Shown here: piece after piece, positions 1-8,247 of the stretch
Layout of the letters: the number at the start of each line of letters is the position of its first letter
How positions within the stretch are numbered: position 1 is the stretch's first letter
Origin: Candidatus Latescibacterota bacterium
Lineage (GTDB): Bacteria; Latescibacterota; UBA2968; UBA8231
Assembly (NCBI GenBank): GCA_963422735.1
Contig: OY730476.1
Span: 4,288,001-4,352,000, forward strand
Reading direction: 5' to 3'
DNA length: 64,000 nt
Program-made: the position numbers and the translations under genes
The notes under the pieces: generated by a model
Databases searched by the model: none
Seen by the model: only the letters and a program-made list of their open reading frames with translations
What the model was told of the DNA's origin: nothing

Positions 1-327
1 GAAAAGCTGCTTGCGGCTGTGCAACAAGCTCCACCGCCCAAACCGCGTAGTAAAGCCACCACTAAGTTGCAAGAGCATCTCAATGTAACCCAAGAGCTCC
101 ATATAGCCGAAGATGTCGCCCGCTCTCTTCCTCATCCAACCCAAGAACACCTACAAACAATCCGCCGGCTCCACGAGATGCGACACAAAGCCGATCAGGC
201 TCACATGCACCCTCCGATCCACATCCACTAACCCCACCGGACTGGTTAGAAAAAAGAACTGGTATGAGCAGCGAATTGTTTCCCGGCAAGCACCTATTCG
301 CCTGCGGCCCAGCACCGCCGGAGTTTT

Positions 328-2313
328 CTACGGTCTAAGTTGTGCTTCCACGATCTGCAAAAAATGCGCCTCCTGTCCAACCTCCCCCCCTATCAAGCGA
401 GCGCATTCCCGTGCATCGTCCACCCGCCCGGCCCAAACCAATTCTACCGCCAACGCCTGAAACAAACTCAACGCATAGCGGCGGCGAAAGTCCTCGGCCA
501 AAAAAGCGCGCTCCAAATGGATCAAGGCCCGATCGCGTTCTGAGAGCAGATGGTAGAGCTGGCCCTTGACAAAATCGACAAAGGACGCTCCCACGGCCGG
601 ATCGTGCGCGAGAAACTCCGCCTGTTTCAGCGCGGCCTGCACCTCGTCCTGCTGCCCCTCGGTAAGCGCCATCCCCTGCATCTTGACGCACCACACCCAC
701 TGCACGGCCGCCCACAACCCGCGCCGCGTAAACGGCACCTCGCGGCGCGCGGCCGCGTAATGCACCTGCGCCCGCGCAAAATCTCGCTCGGCGAAAAGTT
801 GATTCGCCACCGTTAGAACCAACGGTCCCTGTTGCCCCTGCTGCATCCACTGCTCGACGCCGCGCCGTTCCCCCGGCGACAGCCGCTGCCCCTCCATGGC
901 CGCTAGTTGCTCGAGATAGCGCACATTGTGCCCATTGTACTGGTGCAAGGGTGCTTGTGCGAGCATGGCCGCCATCTTGTTGTACGCGACTACGCGCTCC
1001 ACCGGTAGGTCGCCCAAAGCGCGCCGATACGCCGCCTCGCTCCGCAGCAACCCTAGGTCAATGGCTTGCAATTGGGCGACGCTATGGAGAATGGTCTGCG
1101 CCAACAGAGCCTGCCCGGCAACAGAAAAATGGACGTGATCCGCCATCCACTCCCAACCCACGCCCGGCGCGGGCGCAACGGCTGCAAACGCCGCCTCCAC
1201 ATCCGCCAACGCGGCCCCATGCTCTTTGGCGACGGCGCGAATCACCGCATTGTGCGCTGTGGGAGCGCGCCACGGCATGGTGTCCAAATCCCGCGCCTTG
1301 CGAAAGGCCCGCTGCGCTTGGGCATCCCGACCCAACCGCTCCAAGGCTCGGCCTTGCAAATAGCACAACCAAGCGTGTTCGCTCGCAAGGGCCGCGGCTT
1401 GCTCCAATTGCTGCAGCGCGTCCTCGGCATCCTCCGGTGCGATGTATCCCCGCGTCAGCAACCGCGCCGCTGGTTCCACCTGCGCCTTCCACGCCTCGCC
1501 CCCCTCCGTCGATCCAACCGGCGCAAATCCCGCATCATTCGCCGCGATAGTACACAGTACTAAAGGCACTTGCGCTCGCGCGCAGAGCCGACTTACGCGC
1601 CGCAAGTTGTCGCGCAAATTTTGCTCAGCCGTCGCTCGACCAGGGCCGTGCAATGGCACCTCGCCGCGCAGAGCCGCCATTTTTATCAAATCCGTCGGCT
1701 CGTTCCTAGCCCTAATGCCCCCTAGCAATCTATCCACCAGATGCGTCAAATGCAGTTGCCGCAAAAAGTACTGTAGCCGCTGGTGCCGCCCAGCCCCGTA
1801 CAACCCGTAGAATTCGTTGTGTCCGGTATAGACGACGACCAGATCCGGCGACAGTACCAACGCATCTTCCACCACTTGCGCCACCGCAAAGCTGGCAATG
1901 GACGTGATGCCCAAATTAATGACCTCCACTTCCCGCTCCGGCCACGCATCCGCCAGCATCGCCTGCAAAAAGGACGCCGCCGACAAACGTCGCGGATGGG
2001 GAAAACCCTGCACCGTGGAAGCCCCGACAAAAACGACGCGATAGCGGTTAGCCGGCGCGGGTTCCACAAAGAAATGCTCGCCCATCTGACCCGCTGCGGC
2101 CAGCCGCCCCTTGTATTGCGTAAAAAATCGCTGCGCATAAAACCGACTCGTCGCGCGCAGCGATTCGCCGGTCGCCTCGTCCTCGACCAAAGTTGCGACC
2201 AAAGGCGACGGTCCCAATCTTGGCACGAGTCGCAGCAAGCCCTCTGCTGCCACCACCAAGGCCGCGCCGATTGCGAGGGCCGCCAAGCGCAAGAACCAGA
2301 CTCTATTCGTCAC
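328..2313 (-). CDS. SGNH/GDSL hydrolase-like protein with TPR repeats
   Basis: N-terminal membrane anchor; GASTVQG block I, YTGHNEFYG block III, DHVH catalytic motif; TPR-like helices. Confidence 0.7.
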   Translation of the reverse strand: MTNRVWFLRLAALAIGAALVVAAEGLLRLVPRLGPSPLVATLVEDEATGESLRATSRFYAQRFFTQYKGRLAAAGQMGEHFFVEPAPANRYRVVFVGASTVQGFPHPRRLSAASFLQAMLADAWPEREVEVINLGITSIASFAVAQVVEDALVLSPDLVVVYTGHNEFYGLYGAGRHQRLQYFLRQLHLTHLVDRLLGGIRARNEPTDLIKMAALRGEVPLHGPGRATAEQNLRDNLRRVSRLCARAQVPLVLCTIAANDAGFAPVGSTEGGEAWKAQVEPAARLLTRGYIAPEDAEDALQQLEQAAALASEHAWLCYLQGRALERLGRDAQAQRAFRKARDLDTMPWRAPTAHNAVIRAVAKEHGAALADVEAAFAAVAPAPGVGWEWMADHVHFSVAGQALLAQTILHSVAQLQAIDLGLLRSEAAYRRALGDLPVERVVAYNKMAAMLAQAPLHQYNGHNVRYLEQLAAMEGQRLSPGERRGVEQWMQQGQQGPLVLTVANQLFAERDFARAQVHYAAARREVPFTRRGLWAAVQWVWCVKMQGMALTEGQQDEVQAALKQAEFLAHDPAVGASFVDFVKGQLYHLLSERDRALIHLERAFLAEDFRRRYALSLFQALAVELVWAGRVDDARECARLIGGEVGQEAHFLQIVEAQLRP

Positions 2314-4049
2314 TTAGCCCCTCGCGGTCGTCCTAGCATTGCGTACACCCTCTCCAACGCCGCGTATATATCCTCGCGCGGTGCCGCCACCACCGCCTGT
2401 TCGAGAACCTCGGCTGCCTGCTGATATTGCCCCAACCCCACATAGACACCAGCCACATTGCTCCACACGTCAGCGCGTTCCCGTTCGTGTTCCAACACGT
2501 TCAGAAGAATGGGCAGTGCGCCGCGCAAATCGCCGCGCATCGCCCGCAGCGAGCCGAGATTGAACCAAGCCTGCCAATACGTCGAATCGAGCCGCGTGGC
2601 CTGTTCGTATTTCAGCAGTGCCAGATCGTAGCGGCCTTGTTGTAGATAGGCGTTGCCCAAATCGTTGTGCGTGGCGGCTTTGCCCTGCCCATCCATTGAT
2701 GGCAGATCCCAATTCATCAACAGCAGTAAGAGGGCGAGAAAGGCCGTCGGCCAAAGCGCTTGGCGGAAGGGCTGTTGCCGCCACCTTGCATACAGCCAGT
2801 TCCCTCCGTACACGGCGAACAAGATCAGCAGCGGGACGATCGGCAGGCGATAGCGAGCCGCGACAAAAAAGGAGATTACTGCGAAGCTATAGCCGAGAAC
2901 GAAAAGCACCGGCAGCGCCATGCCTTGCCGCCGGATGTACACTATCAGGCCCAAAATCGCGAGGGGGCTTACTAAGCCAAAGGGAAAAGCCACCCCCCAT
3001 TTCCACAAGGTACCCGCGAGAGTGCTTGAATACTTGCGCCAATAGTACATTTCCTGGTTGCGCTCTATTTCATCGCCGCGCCAGAACTGGGCGGTTTTTT
3101 TCGCCAGCAATCCGAGGTAATCGAGGGGGGCATTCTGCATGTACGCAAGAGCCTGCATGTAAAAGAACTGGGACTTAGCGGAAGGGCGAGTGATCCCTTC
3201 TCGCAGCGGCCGGGCAACCAGTTCCTCCCATTCCCAGCCCGGGCGCAAAGCGAGTGTCTGCTCGGCGTTTGCGTTGTTTCCTAGGTAGAAATTCACTCCT
3301 CCATTATAAGAGATCGGCACGATGTCTCCACCGATGGTGTAGTTTCTCAGCGTTACCGGCGCAATCGCCAGCACCGCTCCGAGCAGAAAAGGCGCGACCT
3401 TTTTCCGCAACCAATAGAACAGCCAGATGGCCACGCCCGGGATCAAAGACGCGAGGATCGCCGCGGTAAGAGATGCGAGGCCCATAGCAAACCCTGCGGC
3501 CATAAAAATGGATCTCGTCGGCCGCTCGACCGCGCGCATTAACAGCAAGAGACCGACAAGGGGAAAAAAAGTGGCAAGACCGGCTGGTAAGAGCCGGGCG
3601 TCAAAATAAATCAGCGGCCCGTACCCCGCCGCAATGAGGCCGCCGACGAAACTGACACCGGACCCAAAAAGCCGCTGCCCGACCAAGCATAGCAACGCGC
3701 AGGTAAAGCTGCCGATTAGAGCCTGAGCAAAGCGGGATATGTAGTAAAAGGATTCTGGGGATACGAGCTTGATCGCGCCTAGAAAATAAGGATAGAGCGG
3801 GGGTTGCCAGTATGGGCCTTGGCCGCGCCCCAACCAGTTGCCCGCGGCTAGACTGGCCGCCTGTTCGGAGTAGGTGGCCGCGTCCACCGCCGGCATACTG
3901 AAAAGAGGACTGGCCGACATCTGGAACGCATGCGTCAAACGCAGACTCAGCGCCAGTGCAAAGACGATCCCAAGTGCCCACCGCGGATGGCTGGCAATGC
4001 GCATTAGCGTATCTACCTTTGTGTGCGCCAGTGGTTCACCCACTCTCAT
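2310..4049 (-). CDS. GT-C (ArnT/PMT-like) glycosyltransferase with C-terminal TPRs
   Basis: Multi-TM; DAATY, PPLYPYFL and RYRLP motifs; TPR tail; true start possibly MRIASH near 4004. Confidence 0.7.
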   Translation of the reverse strand: MRVGEPLAHTKVDTLMRIASHPRWALGIVFALALSLRLTHAFQMSASPLFSMPAVDAATYSEQAASLAAGNWLGRGQGPYWQPPLYPYFLGAIKLVSPESFYYISRFAQALIGSFTCALLCLVGQRLFGSGVSFVGGLIAAGYGPLIYFDARLLPAGLATFFPLVGLLLLMRAVERPTRSIFMAAGFAMGLASLTAAILASLIPGVAIWLFYWLRKKVAPFLLGAVLAIAPVTLRNYTIGGDIVPISYNGGVNFYLGNNANAEQTLALRPGWEWEELVARPLREGITRPSAKSQFFYMQALAYMQNAPLDYLGLLAKKTAQFWRGDEIERNQEMYYWRKYSSTLAGTLWKWGVAFPFGLVSPLAILGLIVYIRRQGMALPVLFVLGYSFAVISFFVAARYRLPIVPLLILFAVYGGNWLYARWRQQPFRQALWPTAFLALLLLLMNWDLPSMDGQGKAATHNDLGNAYLQQGRYDLALLKYEQATRLDSTYWQAWFNLGSLRAMRGDLRGALPILLNVLEHERERADVWSNVAGVYVGLGQYQQAAEVLEQAVVAAPREDIYAALERVYAMLGRPRGAK

Positions 4050-4107
4050 CCACGAAGGGCACGAAGGAACGCGAAGTATCTACCTTTGTGCGCGCCTGTG
4101 GTTCACC
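4009..4107. repeat. 32-bp imperfect direct repeat pair (4009-4040, 4076-4107) around a 35-bp CACGAAG-containing insert
   Basis: gtatctacctttgtgYgcgccWgtggttcacc occurs twice, 2 mismatches. Confidence 0.85.
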
Positions 4108-4149
4108 TGCCCATCACGTCCCACACCAAGCGCGATTTTCCCTCCAGCA

Positions 4150-5304
4150 TCAATCGATGCGATTGTCATTGATATAATCCCAATTGTAGGCCATGCCCAA
4201 TCCCGGCTCCTGCGATACGTGTACGCATCCTTCGCCGTCCATGGGATCGGCGATCTGTCCGAGATGCGGTGGGCTCTCGTCGTACTTGCGTCCGGGCCGC
4301 AACAGGCCGCGCTCGTAATAGCGGCAGGTGGCCTCGGGAGCGGCCGCAGCCAAATGCACATGCGGGGCACCAACCCCGTGCAGTTCGCATTGTACGCCGT
4401 AGAGCTGGCACAAATTGATGAGCTTCCAGCAGCCAGTGATGCCGCCGTAACTCACATCAATGCGCAGCATATCGCAGGCTCCCTGCAATAGCCATTCGGC
4501 CCGCGCAAAGGGACCGCCTTTGATGTGTTCGGGGGAACAGATAGCGATGGTGGTCTGCTGCGTCAGGCGGCGGTAGGACTCCACTCGCGTCTCGACCATC
4601 GGGTGTTCCAACCAGTAGTAGTTGAGTGCCTCCAATTCTCGTGCGACCCACAGCGATTCCTCCAGGGAATAGACGCCGAACGGATCGAGCATCAGCACAA
4701 TATTGTCTCCCACGGCCTCGCGCACGGCGCGACAGATCTTCACATCCTCCTTGGGAAACCCCGGCAGTTGCGGCGCAGGCTCCTGTGTGTGCGGATTCCA
4801 GCAGATATTGGCGTGTACTTTGAAGGCTTTGTAACCGCGCTGTACGCATTCCTGCGCCAGCTCTACATACACATCGGGGCCGCCCAAGTTTGGGTACGTG
4901 CTGGCGTATGCTTCGACCCTGTCGCGGGTGCCGCCCAAGAGTTGGTACACGGGCATACCAGCTTTTTGCCCCGCCAAATCCCACAGCGCACAATCGACAA
5001 TTCCGAGTTCGTGTTCGGCGAGGCTGTGGCCAAACGTGGACATCTGGTCCATCCAATGCCATAGCTTCTCGCGGTTGAGAGGATCCTCGCCTACTAAGAG
5101 ATCTTTGATGGGCCCTCCCATGGTCGCCTTGCTGCCGCCCAGCATGTACCCGGTGACGCCCTCATCGGTGGAAATTCTGGTGATCGCACCAGTGCCTTCC
5201 ACTTCCTCGTCGTCAATCCACACGCCGTAACCCCAGCGCGATCCGGCACTGCGCCCGCGGTGCTTGGTGCGAAAGTGAATGACTTCGACATCGGTGATTT
5301 TCAC
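4150..5304 (-). CDS. Mandelate racemase/muconate lactonizing (enolase superfamily) enzyme
   Basis: DCALWDLAGQKAGMPVYQLLGG signature; LMLD, WLEHP metal ligands. Confidence 0.85.
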   Translation of the reverse strand: MKITDVEVIHFRTKHRGRSAGSRWGYGVWIDDEEVEGTGAITRISTDEGVTGYMLGGSKATMGGPIKDLLVGEDPLNREKLWHWMDQMSTFGHSLAEHELGIVDCALWDLAGQKAGMPVYQLLGGTRDRVEAYASTYPNLGGPDVYVELAQECVQRGYKAFKVHANICWNPHTQEPAPQLPGFPKEDVKICRAVREAVGDNIVLMLDPFGVYSLEESLWVARELEALNYYWLEHPMVETRVESYRRLTQQTTIAICSPEHIKGGPFARAEWLLQGACDMLRIDVSYGGITGCWKLINLCQLYGVQCELHGVGAPHVHLAAAAPEATCRYYERGLLRPGRKYDESPPHLGQIADPMDGEGCVHVSQEPGLGMAYNWDYINDNRID

Positions 5305-5353
5305 GATTTGTCCTCCTCGGAAATAGATGATATCAGGAATTCACCAAATAGTT

Positions 5354-5700
5354 TCAACTTCTAATTGCTGTATTTGATAATCCGTTGTGACGAGCGGTAG
5401 GCGGAGGTGCTGTTGCAGCAATCATACGGTCTGGCATATCGGGTATTTGATCGCGAGAAATACTTTCCAATTGTTCTGCAATCGCAAGATCAAAAGGGAC
5501 AACTTTGAGTCCTGAATCAGGTCGGTGTAATGTGGCTTTCGAATCGGTCAAATTTTGTCGGGACAATCGCTCTTTTTCAGCCAAGTATATAACTTCGACA
5601 ATTGTCACTGATGACACATAGACTAGGTGCCTGATGAGATTGTATCTCGAATAGCTTGACTAGCAGCGGATGAAAGGTGTGGTGATCGCGCTAAGAACAG
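5354..5700 (-). pseudogene. PIN-domain (VapC-like) toxin remnant
   Basis: SSVTIVEVIYL and PDMPDRMIAATA PIN motifs; N-terminus disrupted; low GC. Confidence 0.65.
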
Positions 5701-5860
5701 TTCATCCCAATTCGCGATCTTGAGGGTATTTATCTTTGATTTATACCATGGCCAACTCAGTGAGACGAGTAGCCTACCTACGATACCCTGAGAGACTGCC
5801 GCGATTTCTTCTTAAAGCGTCGCGTATGTCGTCAATGTGCCCTCGAGTGTCATTACTCAT
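5701..5860 (-). pseudogene. DUF86/HepT-like remnant
   Basis: AAGGAG RBS then MSNDTRGHIDDIRDA... and IKDKYPQ with internal stops. Confidence 0.35.
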
Positions 5861-6010
5861 ATCTCCTTTTCCCGATTGTAGCGCGACAGCCCTGATTGTC
5901 GAGACTGAACAAAATAAATGTGCCATGGCCCCGGCCCCTCGTCAAGCAACGGGCCGAATCGAGTTTAGAAGGCTTCTTAGGGGGTGCCTCCACCGTACGC
6001 GACCTGCCTA

Positions 6011-7705
6011 TTAGGGCAATAACATCTTTATATTGTCTTCATATACGACGACCCTAGCTTCGTAGGCACGCCGCAGCCCCATCAGAAACTCATCCGCCAA
6101 GCGGCCCTCCTCCGCTCGTTTCAACAGCGCCCGCGCTCGCTTTGCCGCGGCATCAAAAGGCTCGGGGGCGCTGCCGAAATTCGACTTCAGAACCTTGAAC
6201 ACCGAATAGTACTCACCGCCCCGTGGCATGGCCTCCGGCCCGACCACTTGGGCGGCCTGCGCCGTCACCGCTATCGGGCCGTGCAACGAGCCGACCTCAA
6301 CGTTGCGCACCGCGTCGAGCAATTCTCGGTAGAAGGCCTGTTCAAATGCGTGGATGTGGAATGTGCCCTGCACACCTTTGCCCGCCGTCCGCAAGGTGTA
6401 TTCGTCGGCGAGTGCTCCCATATCCTCACCCGCCTTGATTCTCTCTTTGAGCGCGGCGGCCTCTTCCCGAGTTTGCACCATGATCTCCTGTAGCGAGACC
6501 TCCTCCGGGGCGGTGAACAACTCGGGCTGATCGTCGTATAGTTTTCTGACGGTTTCCGGTTTGATATGGACCCGGTCCTTGACCGCCGTCTGCCGGAGTG
6601 CCAACAGCAACAGCGCGTCTGTGCGGTGCTGATACCAGCGCACAATCTGCTCTTCGCGATCCATCCCCCTTTCATAGGCCACGTGCAAAAACAAGGTGCG
6701 GGGCAGCAGCACGTCTTCGGCAAACCACCGCACCGACTCGGCCATGTCGCCCGAAAAGCCCATGTTCAGCTCTTCGGCGTAATCCCAGAAATCGCCCACC
6801 GTAACACGACCGCCGCGGAACTGAAAGAGCACCTCTGCGCGTTCGGTCGCGGTGTACTCTCTACGCCCTGCCGCAACCTGTTGCTGTAGCTGATGCAAGG
6901 TCTCGTCGTTGGTCTGCAAGTCGATGTCAGCTCGCAGTTGCGCCAGAAACGCCTCTATCAGTTCGGTCGTCTTTTCCTCTCTCAGCTTGGCCGCCAGCGC
7001 GTTGCTCGCGGTGGCAAAACTCACGGGCTGGGCGTGCATGACTTGGTAGATCCCGAACTGGCCGTTGGGCAAGTTAATCGGCTCGGAGTACTCGCCGATC
7101 GCGAGCGCGTTTATGTGTTTTTGCAGGTAGATCGGGATGCGCTTGGCAGTCAGGTAGCCGTCCAGTTGCCCACCTTGCGGTGCCGTCGATTGGTGCAGCG
7201 ACCGACTAAGCGCTAGCTCGGCGAAATCCTCCCCGTCGGCGAGGCTTTGCCGGATCTCCTCGGCTGCGGCCTGCGTGGCAACGATGATCAGGCGCAGCTT
7301 GACCTCGCGCTCCTTGTCCGCAGCTTCGTAAGCCGCCCGCAACTCCTGCTCATCGACGCGGACCTTGGCGAGAAATTCGCGCTCAAACAACAGCCGCAAC
7401 AGCCGTTCGGCTTTTTCCCGCTGGAGCTTTTGTGCCACCTCCGGGGCCTCGTCAAGCCCCCTTTTGATCGCTTCTTGGAGAAAGATCTCCTTGTCGATAA
7501 TCGTCTGTAAATGGTCGCGGTAGCCGTCCAATCCGGATTTCTTCGTCTTTAGCTGGGCCGGCAAGCGCTGCTCAAAATCGATCAGTTGAGAGGCCGTTAT
7601 CGGGCGGTCTCCCACTTTGGCCAAAACGGGATCTTCCAGTTCCTCGGCATCCTTTGCACAACCAGCGAGGACCAAGCCGACGCACAAGGACCATAGCAGG
7701 TTCAT
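6011..7705 (-). CDS. Lipoprotein foldase with two parvulin (PpiC/SurA/PrsA-like) domains
   Basis: Lipobox LAGC; GEDFAELALSRS...GGQL and GEDMGALADEY parvulin motifs. Confidence 0.8.
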   Translation of the reverse strand: MNLLWSLCVGLVLAGCAKDAEELEDPVLAKVGDRPITASQLIDFEQRLPAQLKTKKSGLDGYRDHLQTIIDKEIFLQEAIKRGLDEAPEVAQKLQREKAERLLRLLFEREFLAKVRVDEQELRAAYEAADKEREVKLRLIIVATQAAAEEIRQSLADGEDFAELALSRSLHQSTAPQGGQLDGYLTAKRIPIYLQKHINALAIGEYSEPINLPNGQFGIYQVMHAQPVSFATASNALAAKLREEKTTELIEAFLAQLRADIDLQTNDETLHQLQQQVAAGRREYTATERAEVLFQFRGGRVTVGDFWDYAEELNMGFSGDMAESVRWFAEDVLLPRTLFLHVAYERGMDREEQIVRWYQHRTDALLLLALRQTAVKDRVHIKPETVRKLYDDQPELFTAPEEVSLQEIMVQTREEAAALKERIKAGEDMGALADEYTLRTAGKGVQGTFHIHAFEQAFYRELLDAVRNVEVGSLHGPIAVTAQAAQVVGPEAMPRGGEYYSVFKVLKSNFGSAPEPFDAAAKRARALLKRAEEGRLADEFLMGLRRAYEARVVVYEDNIKMLLP

Positions 7706-7709
7706 TTTA

Positions 7710-7988
7710 TTATGCCTCACTAAGCCGGTATAATGGTGATAAATCTTCCTCTTCCATAGGAGAAAGACCGAGACTGCATAAAATCTCGTTGATCTGAGCC
7801 GCCGTCGTTTGCCCTGGTGCCGTGATTTCTAAACCAATAGGGCGATCTTCAGGGTCAAAATCCACCAATAGACCTTTATCTCTCGGCTCGGTTCGCAGAC
7901 TTTTTACACCCGCAGCATTCGATAGGTACAAGTAAGCAGCTAAGGGCTTTCCTTTACGGAAGGTAATTTCCAAATAGCGTTGTCGCAT
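7710..7988 (-). CDS. DUF2283-like small protein (putative antitoxin)
   Basis: AAYLYL...LLVDFD..RPIGLEI pattern; low GC. Confidence 0.7.
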   Translation of the reverse strand: MRQRYLEITFRKGKPLAAYLYLSNAAGVKSLRTEPRDKGLLVDFDPEDRPIGLEITAPGQTTAAQINEILCSLGLSPMEEEDLSPLYRLSEA

Positions 7989-8214
7989 AAAATTGGCTCC
8001 TCTCCAGAAAATCCGGTTCGACAATAATCTCCCATAGATGATAGCGATGAGTTGTTACAACGATCCAGCGTCCCTCTATAAGGTCCGGGTGATACCCAGT
8101 GGCTTGATCCAGCATAGTACGCGAGTCAATCTCGGTAAAATCTCGCAGGAGCATGCGCTTTTCCAAATGGAAGGATAGATCCAATTCCCAGCCCCACCAC
8201 GCAGGCCAGTTCAT
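7954..8214 (-). pseudogene. DUF4258-like putative toxin, C-terminus apparently truncated
   Basis: HLEKRM..R and WEIIVEPD motifs; lacks the usual VVITAY-type ending and runs into partner gene. Confidence 0.55.
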
Positions 8215-8247
8215 AGTTGTCTAATTACAGCGAGGTGCGACCGGCCC

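Noticed and set aside
1-327. Short ORFs at the window start
   Set aside because: No recognisable motif; possibly the end of a gene outside the window
4009-4107. Repeat-spacer-repeat (32/35/32 bp) as a CRISPR mini-array
   Set aside because: Only two repeats, no cas genes or leader, and the spacer is itself a CACGAAG simple repeat
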